DNA of 64,000 bases, from NCBI RefSeq assembly GCF_006345805.1, contig NC_043005.1, positions 68,386,001 to 68,450,000 on the forward strand. Reading direction: 5' to 3'. Each line of letters begins with the position of its first letter. Positions within the stretch are counted from its first letter, which is position 1. This document shows positions 1 through 12,438 of this stretch, one piece after another. The stretch is from Octopus sinensis. Taxonomy: Eukaryota. The translations under genes and the position numbers were made by a program. Below the pieces are notes generated by a model. That model made no database searches. It worked only from the letters and a program-made list of their open reading frames with translations, and was not told the origin of the DNA.

Positions 1-785
1 AACCAAGGAAAATGAAGGAATGTGAGAGGTTACTGGAGAAAGAGGGAGATACATTGAAGTTAACGCCACCTGCATAACTGTTGAAAGAAAAAAAAAGGAA
101 AAAGTGTTTCATGTAAAAAATAAGCAAAAAAAAGATGATTAAGAAAAAACAATAGAAAAATAGAACGATTGTAAATAGTGTGTATAAACGTTCAAATGTG
201 TTGTGGCCGTCTGTGTTGTGGCCGTGGTGCCAAATAAAGAAATAAGTGTTCAGAGACCGTTATTTGGGTGTTTATTACTGTTCGAATTGTTGATATTGTG
301 AATTGTTATTTTTCCCATTGAGGGGAATATGGAAAAAGCGCCGGCGGGTGGCCGCAGCTATGCGGCCGAAACTGAAATGCAATAGAAGAGGGAACGTTGG
401 AAATAATTGAAATTAAGGTAGAACCAAGGAAAATGAAGGAATGTGAGAGGTTACTGGAGAAAGAGGGAGATACATTGAAGTTAACGCCACCTGCATAACT
501 GTTGAAAGAAAAAAAAAGGAAAAAGTGTTTCATGTACAAAAAAAAGAGAAAACAAAAATGATTAAAAAAGGCATTAAAAAAATAGAACGATTGTAAATAG
601 TGTGTATAAACGTTCAAATGGTACTGAATGAGAATGGGGCCCATGCAGCCATTTCATTATTTTCATTTTTATATAATATTTCATTCTCATTCGTTTCATG
701 TTTTATCTCCTCATTGTGGTGTTGTGTCCGTCCTTGTAGTGTCCCCCTCTGCGTTGTGGCGGTAACGCGAATTTAAGAAATAAGC
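1..785 (+). mobile_element. Two short, internally deleted Tx1/L1-like non-LTR elements in tandem (ORF1 N-terminus plus 3' UTR)
   Basis: 1-198 is nearly identical to 422-620. Translation VEPRKMKECERLLEKEGDTLKLTPPA aligns with LFEKEGNCLRLTPPVEFLQE of the next unit. Units end in similar ttgtg..gtcc..aataaagaaataag-type tails. Confidence 0.6.
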
Positions 786-2397
786 GTCGCGCAGATTTTT
801 TAGTTGAGTTGTTGATTTGGTTGGACAATGGCGTTGTTGTTGCGAGCTGTGAGTTATTTTACTCTGAATTTTTGAAACTGTTATATTGTTGGAATTTTGT
901 TAATCATTATTGTATTTGTTTCTTTCTTCCCCATTTTTGTGTGAAGATATGGAAGCTGGCAGTTACGCTGCGGTAGCAGGCAAAAGCCTGTCGGCCGACA
1001 TACTGCAAGTGAAAGAAGTGAAGTGAGAAGGCAAAAATTTTTTAAAGTTTAATGGACTGTTTGAGAAGGAGGGGAATTGCCTTCGGTTAACGCCACCTGT
1101 TGAATTTTTGCAAGAAGCCGAAAAAAAATTATAGTTTATCATACGTTGAACCTAAACGTGTGGAAGTAGCAGAGATTGAAGCCACTAAAGATTGTATGCG
1201 GGAAGTCAAAGGAGTGACGACATTCTACGTCAAAGGAAGGAAATATGGCACAGTGGAAGTGCGATTCGTGAACGAAGAAGTAAAAATGGTACTCCACTGC
1301 GCCTTTGAGAACGGCCAAGTGGGCATTCTTGCCATCCTATTGCGGAAAACGAGTCGCAAGAGTCAGCATAGGGAGAGTGTCCCCGGAAATAGACGAGGCA
1401 TGGGTAGTGGCAGCTATCCTCTATAACTGTGAAAAGGAAGCAGAAGTAACTAAGGTGGAAAAGTCTAATGAGATAAATTAATAGGACTATGGACTAGAAG
1501 TGGTGGTCCATATAACCCTACCAGACTTGCATAAAATAGTAGAGGAGCTGGTGCTACCCGATGAGACCCGATTGAGAATTGTGGTGGAGGGGAGAACTCC
1601 TATATGTTATAATTGTAGAAGTAGAGGACACATGCAAGCGAAATGTCCCCATAAGCAGGAGGAATTGGAGAAAAATCAGGCAGAGATGGCAATGGCAGTG
1701 GTGGAGGATGAAAAGAAGGTAGAATAAACAGTGGCAAACAAGAAAAGGACAAGTGCGGAGTCACCGCCAAAAAGCTCGAAACAAAAAAAGAGAAATGCGG
1801 CGAAAACACAAGAGAAAGAGGAAGAGTGTGTAATTCGAACCCTGGAACCGAAACCGACAACAAGTAGGAGTCAAGAAGAGAGATATGAGAGGTGGAGGAA
1901 GAGGATAAGAGAAATATATCGCAAACGAGGCAGCCGAGAGGACAGAGTTTAAGAATGACGATGATTTATAAGAATGTGGAGATTGAAAAAGGATTGCGAA
2001 AGTAGAAAAAAATTAACAAGAGTAAAAATTGGACGAAGACTTATTTCACAGGTTCGAGAAAGCAGCACTATTAGAGGAAGATAGAGCATATATATTACTA
2101 AGGAAGTAAAACTAACAAGACTGTTTTTCCAGTATGACACATTACCGAACGTGGTTTTGTTCGACAATTTGTTGGAATACATGCGGGATATGTAAAACTG
2201 TATAAAAAGACTGATTAAATCTGGATTACTCGGAACAGGAAAATGGAATTGCCTGCTTTGTTGGGTAAACCATTTCATTTTCATTATATTCATTTTTCAT
2301 ATTTGAATACGTCTTTTTATGGACCCCACATTTTGTGTTGTCTGTCCTTGTGATATCCTCTCTATTTCGAGGCTTTATGGCTATAATAAAGAGAAAA
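786..2397 (+). mobile_element. Degenerate Tx1/L1-like non-LTR element, gag-like ORF1 with CCHC zinc knuckle; no RT detected
   Basis: ORF1 starts MEAGSYAAVAG (~948) and is broken by stops and frameshifts. RIVVEGRTPICYNCRSRGHMQAKCP gives CX2CX4HX4C at 1605-1646, followed by a K/E/R-rich tail. The 3' UTR resembles 640-785. Confidence 0.7.
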
Positions 2398-2599
2398 AAC
2401 GTCATGTAGAGCGTACCGGAGCCCTCCGTACACTAGACGTCGAGCTCTGTTGGGTCGAGTCGTCGGGAATGATTTTGGTAGTTGAGTAGAGGTACGCTAT
2501 TGGGAAGGTCCACCATCCGAACGTGTGATATAACAAACGGTCAGTGATACTAATTCATATTGACCTAAATAAGGTTACTCTTACTATAAATAACATTAT

Positions 2600-3770
2600 A
2601 ACAATGTTGTATTTTAGTGTCCATTCTGACTTTACGTATAGCTACAAATCTGAGCATTGAAGAGTCCGCTATCCAAGCGATGACATATGTTGATGATAGG
2701 CGAGTCTGGTGGGATTTCATTGAACATGGCGGCCATGTACAAAGAGAAACAGATTGGTTCCAAGACACATTCTTGCTTGAGACACCCATTGATGGGAAAC
2801 GGGTCAGTGGGGGCATTTCGATAGCATACCCTACCCACCATGCCTTCGTGACGGGAGCGGATAAGGTAATGAAGTCCTCTGGTCATCCAAACCGAGCAAG
2901 TACGGCTCACACTGCAGGACGGGGACCATATCAAAGGCTTTCTTTATATCCCAGAAGATGGACATTACAGGATGTTGTTCTTCTTGGCACATCTCCTAGG
3001 AGTTGACGGATACAAAATATCATTTCGATTGTGCCTCAAGAGGGATAACGTCTTCCGCGAAGATGACGAGGCGAGTAGGATACAGGCGAAGATCCTACTT
3101 GCAATACTCGGGAGTGAGACACCCCGATTGTAGTTACAATCCACTCGGTCTCCCTTCTTCTAGATGATGATGATAGCTGCATCGCCTAAATCGTTCTGGA
3201 GGGTCTTGCTTTTCTAGATATTGAGGATAAGGAGCATTAGATGATTTCTCAGCTCAAGACCTCCGTGCGTGAAAAACTCAAACAGGATGTTATCTGGCCC
3301 TGGAGCTTTGCTCAGCTTCATGCACTCGAATGCCTTGTTGAACTAATGGAGCAAGGGTGGCAAGAACACCCAATCGCGGATGGGGAACTGTGGAGTGTTT
3401 TAGAGGAGATCGTCACGAGTGCATGAGTGGTCGTTAAGTAGGCTCCCGATATGGAACTTCCAACGACCGAGGGTTCTCTGAGTGTCGGTTATCTTAAAGC
3501 CAGCCTACCTATTGATGGGTTTGTGGGGCCAAAGATCTCCTTGGTTGTGGCATAAAAGCGGTGCAAGTCTTGTTGGTCGCATAGTTTTGCTGGAGAAGAA
3601 AGGATCGTCTTGAACATTTTCGAACCGCACCGACAGTCCTGTGCGAGTTCTGCCAACGACGCTTTCACCACCGACTTGGACACCAAAGTCACATTCGGCA
3701 CAAACATCAGCCGAGGGGACTGAATAGAAGCTGACGAACACAGTGCTCGGATACGAGCTGGAACCAGCAA
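2600..3770 (-). mobile_element. RTE-clade (BovB-like) LINE reverse transcriptase fragment, degenerate
   Basis: Minus-strand peptides IRSRHEGMVGRV..DPFPINGCLKQECVLEPICFSLYMAAM..RLDSGLFN and DLHRFYATTKEIFGP match RTE RT and the upstream linker. GC content is higher than in the flanks. Confidence 0.85.
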
Positions 3771-4081
3771 TGTGTGTATGTATGTATCTACGTACGTAAA
3801 TGTAAATTAGCCTAGTCTGCCTGATTGGTTATTAACAGTGGTCAAGCAAAATTCAAACAGCTTCGCTTTGGTGCCTACCAGAGCCTATCAAAAGAAGTGA
3901 TGATTCGATTTTCCAAATGCTACAGGGTATGAATTCTATGTAGCATAGAATCATATCCATCTCATTCTTTCAACAAAATGTGAGACAGAAAACTTGCGAT
4001 GTAGTCAATTTTGCAAGGAGCTTAAAACCATATGCTTCTATAGAATAGTTATGCATAACATTTTAAATTACATGGTATGTA

Positions 4082-4538
4082 CAGGGTATTCCAGAATTAA
4101 CTATTTCAGTGAAATAGGATAATTTAAAAAAAACTTACTCTTATTTATGTTTGTCATGTTTAATGTGTATTAAAATTGTATACACTCTTGAATTTGTTTA
4201 TAATTTTTATGGTTTTTTTTAAATAATTTTATTTTCGTTCCTATCGGATTCTACTTGTCTTTCCACGAAAGCTGATTTCATTTTGACTCCAGGTAATTTT
4301 CTCCACCTCCATCCCCAGGATGGAGCAATAGCGTAACTGAACTTAAGAAACTTCTGATGTGCTTCAAAACGCATTTCGGAAAGTTATGAATAGATTTGAA
4401 ATTTTCAGGGTTAAAGTTTTGACGTAAGGTTTATAAATCTATTTGTTTTGGGATTATAATTAAGAAACAAAAATTCTGTCAGTTTAAAAAATTTCTCCCG
4501 ATTGCATTGAAACGAAGAGTTAATTCAGGAGCACCCTG
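4082..4538. mobile_element. Tc1/mariner-type MITE (~457 bp)
   Basis: TIRs CAGGGTATTCCAGAATTAACT and AGTTAATTCAGGAGCACCCTG (3 mismatches), TA on both sides (4080-4081, 4539-4540), non-coding interior. Confidence 0.8.
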
Positions 4539-5034
4539 TATACAATAATATATATTATGATTTAAAATATTTTCATAGAACTGCGTTGAGTAGTACAGTA
4601 AAAATTATTCAATGAATACACATTGATAACGTGTGTAGTGTTTTGTAATTAACGAAAAAATGTGTCTTAGGTTGTGTACATGATGGAATACGTTAATTCT
4701 TCAAGATGTTCTTTCTCTGATGAAGTATTCGGAAGATTAGAAACTAATCTGACCAGCCTCATATTTCATGCCTCCGTTTTGATAAAATATTTGGCGCAAA
4801 CACATCGTTTATTTTTCATGGCAAAAATAAAAATGTATATTCACAGGAAAAAATACACTTTTCATTACATTTTATACACACTCGCACACATATACATATA
4901 TGCACATACTCACAATACATTCAGGTATTTATGCATATATATGCAAACGTGTATATGTATATTTACACGTACATATATATACTATATACATATATGTATA
5001 TATATTAATATATTAACATATAGTATATAACATG

Positions 5035-5035
<1 letters not shown>

Positions 5036-5081
<46 letters not shown>
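5036..5081. repeat. (TA)n microsatellite
   Basis: Pure AT dinucleotide run. Confidence 0.95.
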
Positions 5082-5084
<3 letters not shown>

Positions 5085-6027
5085 TGATATAAATATGTAT
5101 AAATATATGTATGAGTAAAACATGTGTTGGATACGAAATAATATAACCAAATCAATGTTCTGTAATAAAATTCTTCCCAGATTCATCTGAATGCTTCCGT
5201 CATATTCACATTGACATAATGAAAACAAATTTATATTAATAATTCTACATTTTATTATCGCCTTGTTCGTTGTTCCTTGTTGTTCACTACAGTTATAGTT
5301 TGGCATCATTATAGGTTTGATAGATTAGGTTTCTGTTATGATTAACTTTGACAGCAGAGAAAGCAACAATCTCATTAATAAAGTTAATAAATTGCAACTT
5401 TTTTTATTTATCTCCCTTGGTTTCGTTGTATCCTGTTTTACTGATATGTTTCCTTTCATAAATTTATTCTATAAGTTTTATACTTTTTCTTTACTACTCA
5501 TGTCCCTCTAAATATAACTTATATAAGATTTATTAGTGAGGTAATATATACATACATGTGTGTGTGTGAGTGTGTGTATATAAATAAAATATATACATAC
5601 ATACACACACATATAATGTGTATATGTATAGCTTTGTTGGTGTAAATAGGAAAATAGAACTGAAAACATGTGTATCTACACGATTTTTTATTATTAATAA
5701 TCAGCAGAAGATACAGAGTGATTCAAGGGCCGAGGGTTTCATGCGTTGGCGCTTATCAAACTAGTTTCCAATCTAGGGGGCCTGCTTTTATATAAAGGTG
5801 ATAATGAAATATACCTGGATTTTTCTGAAACGAATGTATGCATTTATGCATAAGTGTGCAGGAATATATGAATGCTTGCAAGTATTTGTGAGTTAATAGG
5901 TAATAATGCAAACATCATTCTAAACACACGCATTTGTATATGTGTATGACTATCTATATGCGAATGCACATCATGCAACATACACATTAAAAATCGTGCG
6001 TACATGAATGTGAATGCATAAACATAT

Positions 6028-6248
6028 TCTTTTATTCTTTTATTCATTTAATTGCTTCAGTCATTTGACTGCGGCCATGCAGGAGTACCGCGTTTAGTCG
6101 GACAAATCGACACCAGGATTTATACTTTGTAAGCCCAGTACTTATTGTATCGGAGTCTTTTGCTGAACCGCTTAGTCACTGTGACATAAATACACCAATA
6201 TCTGTTGCCAAGCGATAGTGGGTGGGGTGGGGGCAAAGACACAAATGC
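6028..6248 (-). mobile_element. SINE family B, 3' half
   Basis: Matches the cagtcatttgactgcggccatgc..gaaccgctaag consensus seen at 41431, 47318 and elsewhere. Confidence 0.85.
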
Positions 6249-6774
6249 ATACATACATACATTCTTACAAACATACATACACACATACTTACATGCATAC
6301 GAACATATATGTTCGTATGCCACTCCTGCGCATATAAATAATATAGGTGCATATGTATGTATATAAATTATATATGGAAATGTGTGTGTGTTTGCATATA
6401 TATATATATATATATACACAAGCTAATGTAATGTTGCATGGATACTCGTGTTGTTTTTAAACATGAGTGCATCTGTGTATATGCAACGATACGTACGCAT
6501 ATATGTATGTACATCTATACCTATACCTATTTATTTCCACGTTCACGTGCATATGTAGAAATTCATAATCATGCTTTATGTGCGTCGTATGCATGCCTAA
6601 ATTTAAGTGCATCGTGTGTGTATGTTCACATATGTGTATGTGCGTCTGTCTATGTATATGTCTATATATATGTATCGGTATGTAATTGAGTATAGATATG
6701 TGCATGTATATATATGTGTATGTGTAAGTATGTATGTCTAATATTATGTCTATATATAAGTGTGTGCACACGTA

Positions 6775-7440
6775 CGCATTCTGATCAATAAGTATCCGGA
6801 GTGTTGCCATAGTAACGAAGCTAAAGCACGCAGAGTAAAGCCACAGCCAAAGACTGACCTCGAGTTTCGCTTTGCATGCGAACTAAGTTTTAATGTTCTA
6901 GCTCACTTCCGCTGTTTACAGCAATGCTTGGAAGGAAGATGTGTAGCATGTGATTTGGCCATTACAAAGTTGTCATAGTGATACCTGCTCAAAGGCCTGT
7001 GCAAAGTTGCAGAAAGTGTCTGCAGAATATATATGAGCCGCACAGAATTATACGAGTGATTTAGACGTTTCCAAGACGGTCGATAAAATGTCGATATTGA
7101 TTAACGTTCTGAGAGACTCGTAATCAGCAGAACTGAGAGAGACATCTCAGTTGTGCGTGCAGTTGTGAGGGGAAATCGTCGAATCCCCATACGTGAGTTA
7201 TTAGAGGATGTGCAGATTAGTTACGGTTCAGTTCAATCCATTATCACTGTTTCTGCACGTCTCTTCGTGTCGATAAACCAAAGACCTGGTGACGACCAGC
7301 TTGATCAAATCTCATTCAGAAATGAGTTGAGAAGAAACTTCCTTGAAATGTTGTCGGTGATGGTAAATGTCTATATAAGCCTCAGGTGTGTATTGCTATC
7401 CTTACAGCTGTGCCCTTCTGCATCGAAATTTGATAACACC
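6775..7440 (+). mobile_element. Mariner relic (left TIR plus transposase N-terminal HTH region)
   Basis: TA followed by cgcattctgatcaataagtatccgg (mariner-type TIR). Peptide VRAVVRGNRRIPIRELLEDVQISYGSVQSIITVSAR resembles the mariner HTH region leading into VSARWVP. Confidence 0.7.
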
Positions 7441-7524
7441 AGAATGTATGCACGTCCACTTCACAGAAAAGGGGATGGTTAATTGGTGAGACGATTAACC
7501 TCAGCCAATACCCACTAATGTGGA

Positions 7525-7770
7525 AACGCGTGGTTTAGTGGTTAGGGTGTTAGCATCATGATCGTAAGATTGTGGTTTCGATTCCTGGACCGGTCGGCAC
7601 GTTGTGTTCTTGAGCAAACCACTTCATTTCCCGTTGCTCCAGTCCAATCAGCTGGCAAAAACGCGTAACGCTGCGACGGACTGGCGTCCCATCCAGCTGG
7701 GGAACACATACGCCATTGAAACCTGGAAACCGGGCCCATGAATCTGGCTAGGATTTAAAAGGGAGCATTT
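7525..7770 (+). mobile_element. tRNA-derived SINE family C
   Basis: A-box gtggtttagtgg, B-box ggtttcgattcc, then ttcttgagcaaa..ccagtcca..ggggaacacatacgcc..gaaaccgggccc body. Reverse copy at 56878. Confidence 0.85.
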
Positions 7771-8369
7771 ATTACTTATTTAATACCCACTAATATTGTT
7801 TCTGGATGCTATAACTTATGATACACCGAATGTTTATCTATAAGACCAGGCTAGAAGAGATGATAAAGCAACAGACAAAAGCTATGCCGTGTTTATTTAA
7901 GTACCCTTACGTTCAGACGTAACCGTAACACAAATCTGTCAAGGAAAAACAATGTGTGATAGCTTCCAGTATATCAACACCTCTCACCTTGCTAAGTAAA
8001 GTCACGCACTGTCTTCTCTCAATAATTCAGACATCATACTCGAGTCAAGTGATCGACGATGATATGATTGTGTATTGTAAGTATATTTTAAGAGATAAGC
8101 GACAAAGGAAATCATTCGAGACTCAGTACAAAAGACATCAATTCAAATAAAGTAGAGAGGTTATATTCAATGAGGGAGATGAATGAAATAACAAAGCAAT
8201 GAAAAACTCAAAAGAAAGCTGATTTAATAAAAAAAAAAAAGAAATGTCGAAGCCTTGTCAGATATTTGACAGGTTTTAAGATTTCCCCAAATATACTGTA
8301 TATCTCCAGATACTTATTTTGATTTAATTCCTTTTCCTGCAGTTTTTCCTATATTTCTATCACACGCTA

Positions 8370-8479
8370 TCACACGCACACTCACACACATACACACACA
8401 GTCACACATACACACACATTCACACACAGTCACACATACACACACAGTCACACATACACACGCGTATGTATACCGATTT

Positions 8480-8519
<40 letters not shown>

Positions 8520-8583
8520 CATATAAATTTTGTGTGTACAAATATATATATACACACAAATATACATACATACATATATATAT

Positions 8584-8620
<37 letters not shown>

Positions 8621-8662
8621 CATACAAATATACATATAGTGTGCGTGTGTATATATGTACAT

Positions 8663-8694
<32 letters not shown>

Positions 8695-8745
8695 TATGTA
8701 TTCATATGTTCACACTCATATATATGTCCACACACATATATACAT
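8370..8745. repeat. Compound (CA)n/(TA)n/(TACA)n microsatellite block
   Basis: Low-complexity dinucleotide and tetranucleotide runs that explain the overlapping YIYI ORFs. Confidence 0.95.
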
Positions 8746-9542
8746 AGGTGTTGATAAAAGCGATAAGATTTACCTCAGAGAAATTAAAGAGAAAATTAGA
8801 AACGTACACAAGATACCAGTCAGGCTGATATTATATGCTGATCAGAATGACAGAAATGAGATAATAGGCATAAATATACTAGCTATCTCAGTTATAAACT
8901 ACTGTTCAAACGTAAAGAGAATAGCAGAGACGTGCAAAAATAATAGACGTACTTAAAAAGAATTTATTAACCAAATTACAAAGCTAACATACTGAAATTG
9001 ATAAAGATACAGTATACCCACCATGTCTGGTACAAATAAATAAGCACTCTAAATAACCACTATTTGATTAGAAATATATTTTGAAGGAAGCCATGAAAAA
9101 GTGATAATTGTAAATAATGACGCATGAGCAAAAATGTTTTCTGTCTTTGGGTGAAAACATAAAGTACAAGCCGGAAGACATCTACATAGAAGAAAACGAT
9201 TCAGATAGCAAGAAAATATAGATACGGTTGAAAACAAAAGAAATATCAAAACAGAATCCGAAAACGTCGTAAACAAAAATGGAATGAAAAACTGTTCGAT
9301 GGTTAATATCCCACAAGATTTGTCAAAGAGACTATAAAACAGGGAGGTAGCCAACAAGAGTTCAAGAGTAAAGAGAGATTTTAACCGCACTGTTTCAATG
9401 CTCAGTCACAAATGATTACAAAAGGAAAGTAAAGAACAACATGCCGACATCACATGCAAGTTAAGTGACTCTGACAAATACGCCTAAATAAAACTGCAAG
9501 AGGATATGGAATGAAAATAAGTGTTAAGAGAAATAAAATAAT

Positions 9543-9554
9543 CACACACACACA

Positions 9555-9585
<31 letters not shown>

Positions 9586-9629
9586 CACTCTCACACACAC
9601 ACACACACACACTCACACACACACACACA

Positions 9630-9674
<45 letters not shown>
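9543..9674. repeat. (CA)n microsatellite
   Basis: About 130 bp CA run. Confidence 0.95.
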
Positions 9675-9675
<1 letters not shown>

Positions 9676-9694
9676 GAATAAACTCACTGAAAAT

Positions 9695-9870
9695 AAGTTA
9701 TTTTATCGACCTAAAAATAACGAGCGGTATTTATTTTAGCGACCGTGAAGTGATTAATGGCAAAGTTAACTTCAGCGAGGTGTGAACGCAGAACATCAAA
9801 AACCAAAAGAAATGTCGTTATGCATTTTGTCTGACGTGATAACGATTCTGCCATCTCACCAGCTTTGGGG
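9695..9870 (-). mobile_element. SINE family A, degenerate
   Basis: Reverse of the ggcggtgagctggcagaatcgttagc..gaggtcgactttgcc consensus. Confidence 0.75.
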
Positions 9871-10639
9871 ACGATAAAATAGTGGGAGAAAAAAATAGGG
9901 AGAGAGTCTCCTCCCCCCCCCATAAAAAAGAAAAATTATAAAATGATTGCGAAATTGATATCAAGGGAAGATATCGCATTAAGACCATGAATACTATACT
10001 TCGATTACGCCAGCTCTGAGAGAGTCTACTCCTGCTTTTTTTCAACGTCAAGAACAAAAGTATATGAAATGGATGTAAGAATCGAGAAGCTGCTCAGAGT
10101 AATACTGACAAGTTCTATTTGCTAAGGAGAAGAAATAGGTGTTTGTTCAATGGAAATCTATTCTGTGTACTATGAGAAAACCTGTTAAATTTGGTTAAAA
10201 ATATCTATGAATTTACTGAAACATCAAACGATTTCAACGATAGAAACTACGATGGCGAGAAATGAACAGCAAAAGGAACCAATAAATGGTAATTTTACGC
10301 AGCAGAAAGAGGTGTTTGGATGTGGAGAAATCTGGTGGCAGTTGAGAGATGGAAACTCGAACTGAATCCCTAATTATAGCCTCTCATGAACAAGATACAA
10401 ATAATTTGATAAAAATCAGGTAATATATTTCCAACAGTTGGTAAAAGAGTATCTTGGGATGTTAGCCACATTTGCATATACGAAAGGACGGAAAGCTGGT
10501 ATGAACCCCAGATAGATTCACAAAGAAAATGTCCAAGTCAACAAATCGCTATCCTCCAGGCCATACTTGATAAAGAATGTAACGTAACCTTCTACAGAAG
10601 CAGAGAGCGCTGAAAACAAAACCTTACCTGGGATTACTA

Positions 10640-11960
10640 GCTTCCTTCGAATAAAAACAAAAAGAACTGAGACCCAATGAACATTTACATTGGAGTTTTA
10701 CGTTCTCTTTACACACAAATGTTATATCCTATACACATGGATACTATAAAAGGGACAAAAGAGCTTTAGAGATAAGCACAAACGAGGTAAGAAAAATATG
10801 TACTTAAGCTCATTAGAGACGTAGTAAGAAAAATAAGAATCCGGTGAGGATATGGAGATTCATAATATAATCAATAAAAAAAGTAACTCAGAAAAGATAA
10901 TTCTAATAACGAAAGAAAACCTGGATCACAGGCAACAAAGATGAGCTGCCATAAATCATAGAAAACATCACAACAGAAACCAACCATCACATATAAATCA
11001 CATAAAATTCTAAAAACGAGGGAAACAACACATGGATACAACAGCACGTACAATAAAAAAGCATTCAAAGTATAGGAAAAACCTAGCATAATCCATCACA
11101 TGTCAAACAAAATATTTACAACAAAGCATCAACAGAAAACAAAACTAAAAAAGAAACACACAGACAAAAGGGTAAAAAACACAACTTGAAATAATGATGA
11201 ACATCAAAAAAATTCTCATGGATGTGTTCAACCAAATACACAACCATAACGAAAATATACTCTCAACAGGCTACGATCACATATAACAACAGTGCAGTCA
11301 TTTAACATTAAGAAAATCCTAACTTAAGTAATCAACAAAAAAATATTTTAACAGCTTTGAACATGGATCACCGGAATGTATCATTGCTCAATATGCATAA
11401 ACTAAGAGCCAGTGTGACAGAAATCTATGGAAACAAAGAAATTGAGTATCATTAGATTAAATGACTTTATCTATTCAGTAGTAGTAGATATCGAGAAAAA
11501 AGGACCTAATCATTGTAGGTTCAGCCTCTCCCTCTTCAAACATGAAAATAAAATCGAATGAAGATATACGACTTAAAATTAACAACAAAATGTACACGCG
11601 TTCCTTTAATTCGTGGTAAACGTCACTGGAAAATACATAAACAACAGCAGAAAACTAAGAATGTTGGCGCAGAAAATAGAATAATTAGTACAGTAAAAAA
11701 AGAGAAAAGAAAAAAGAACGTGCAATAGCAACAAAAATGTGGTTCACCATAGTTAACAAAATGTTAGAAACACTTTTTCAAAACTATGTATTTGTCCATG
11801 ATCAGGGAGAGACAACTGAAACTCATGAATCAGTAGCAACGACATCCAATCAAATAATAAAGAGAGCAGAGATAACCCTTCAATTTCAGCTGGTGAGGAA
11901 AACATTAATTCCTCCAAGAACCCGAAGAGTATAAACCTGAGCATGACAGGGATGGGAAAC
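10640..11960 (+). mobile_element. Probable very old CR1/Jockey-group LINE (endonuclease-to-RT linker region)
   Basis: A-rich plus strand with weak endonuclease-like peptide remnants. No long ORF. Confidence 0.35.
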
Positions 11961-12004
11961 TTTTGATAAGGTATCATAACCATGGAGGTTATATTCTTTT
12001 CTAC

Positions 12005-12210
12005 TCTAGGTACAAGACCCGGAATTTTGGGGGAGGGGGCCAGTCGATTAGATCGACTCCAGCGCGCAACTGGTACTTAATTTATCGACCCCGAAAGGAT
12101 AAAAGGCAAAGTCGACCTCGGTGGAATTTGAACTCAGAACGTAGCAGTAGACGAAATACCGCTAGGCATTTCGCCCGGCGTGCTAACGATTCTACCAGTT
12201 CGCCGCCTTC
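12005..12210 (-). mobile_element. SINE family A
   Basis: ctggtacttaatttatcgaccccgaaagg..gtcgacctcgg..gaactcagaacg..gcccggcgtgctaacgattc, the reverse of the 40585 copy. Confidence 0.9.
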
Positions 12211-12438
12211 ATTGGAGGTTATATTAACTTAAGTATTAACAATGCTACATAAAAAACAACCATATTACTACAAAAGGAGGATTTAAAACTATCCTCATGC
12301 ACAAAAGTCGACAAGCATTTCGTTTAGACAAGCTGTCTTAGGATATTTTTTGTCATTTTACTAGACGATGAAGGCCCCCAAAAAGTTCACGGAGATCACC
12401 TTTTCTACTTTGCTTGTTTGAGCTGAGTAAAAAAAATA

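Larger units (their letters stand above)
8745..10600 (+). mobile_element. Highly degenerate R4/Dong-type non-LTR element (RT C-terminal region), interrupted by (CA)n and a SINE
   Basis: IGVDKSDKIYLREIKEKIRN..VRLIL..INILAISVINY aligns with the 32537 ORF. Later W.EKLF.G.YP (~9290) and ESLIIASHEQ (~10370) motifs are typical of this clade. Confidence 0.6.

Noticed and set aside
8314-8956. Cluster of overlapping [12 protein letters not shown] ORFs (also 4674, 6438, 16728, 30034, 35673, 37062, 39921, 51635, 53931, 55291)
   Set aside because: Translations of microsatellites, which lack stop codons in several frames.
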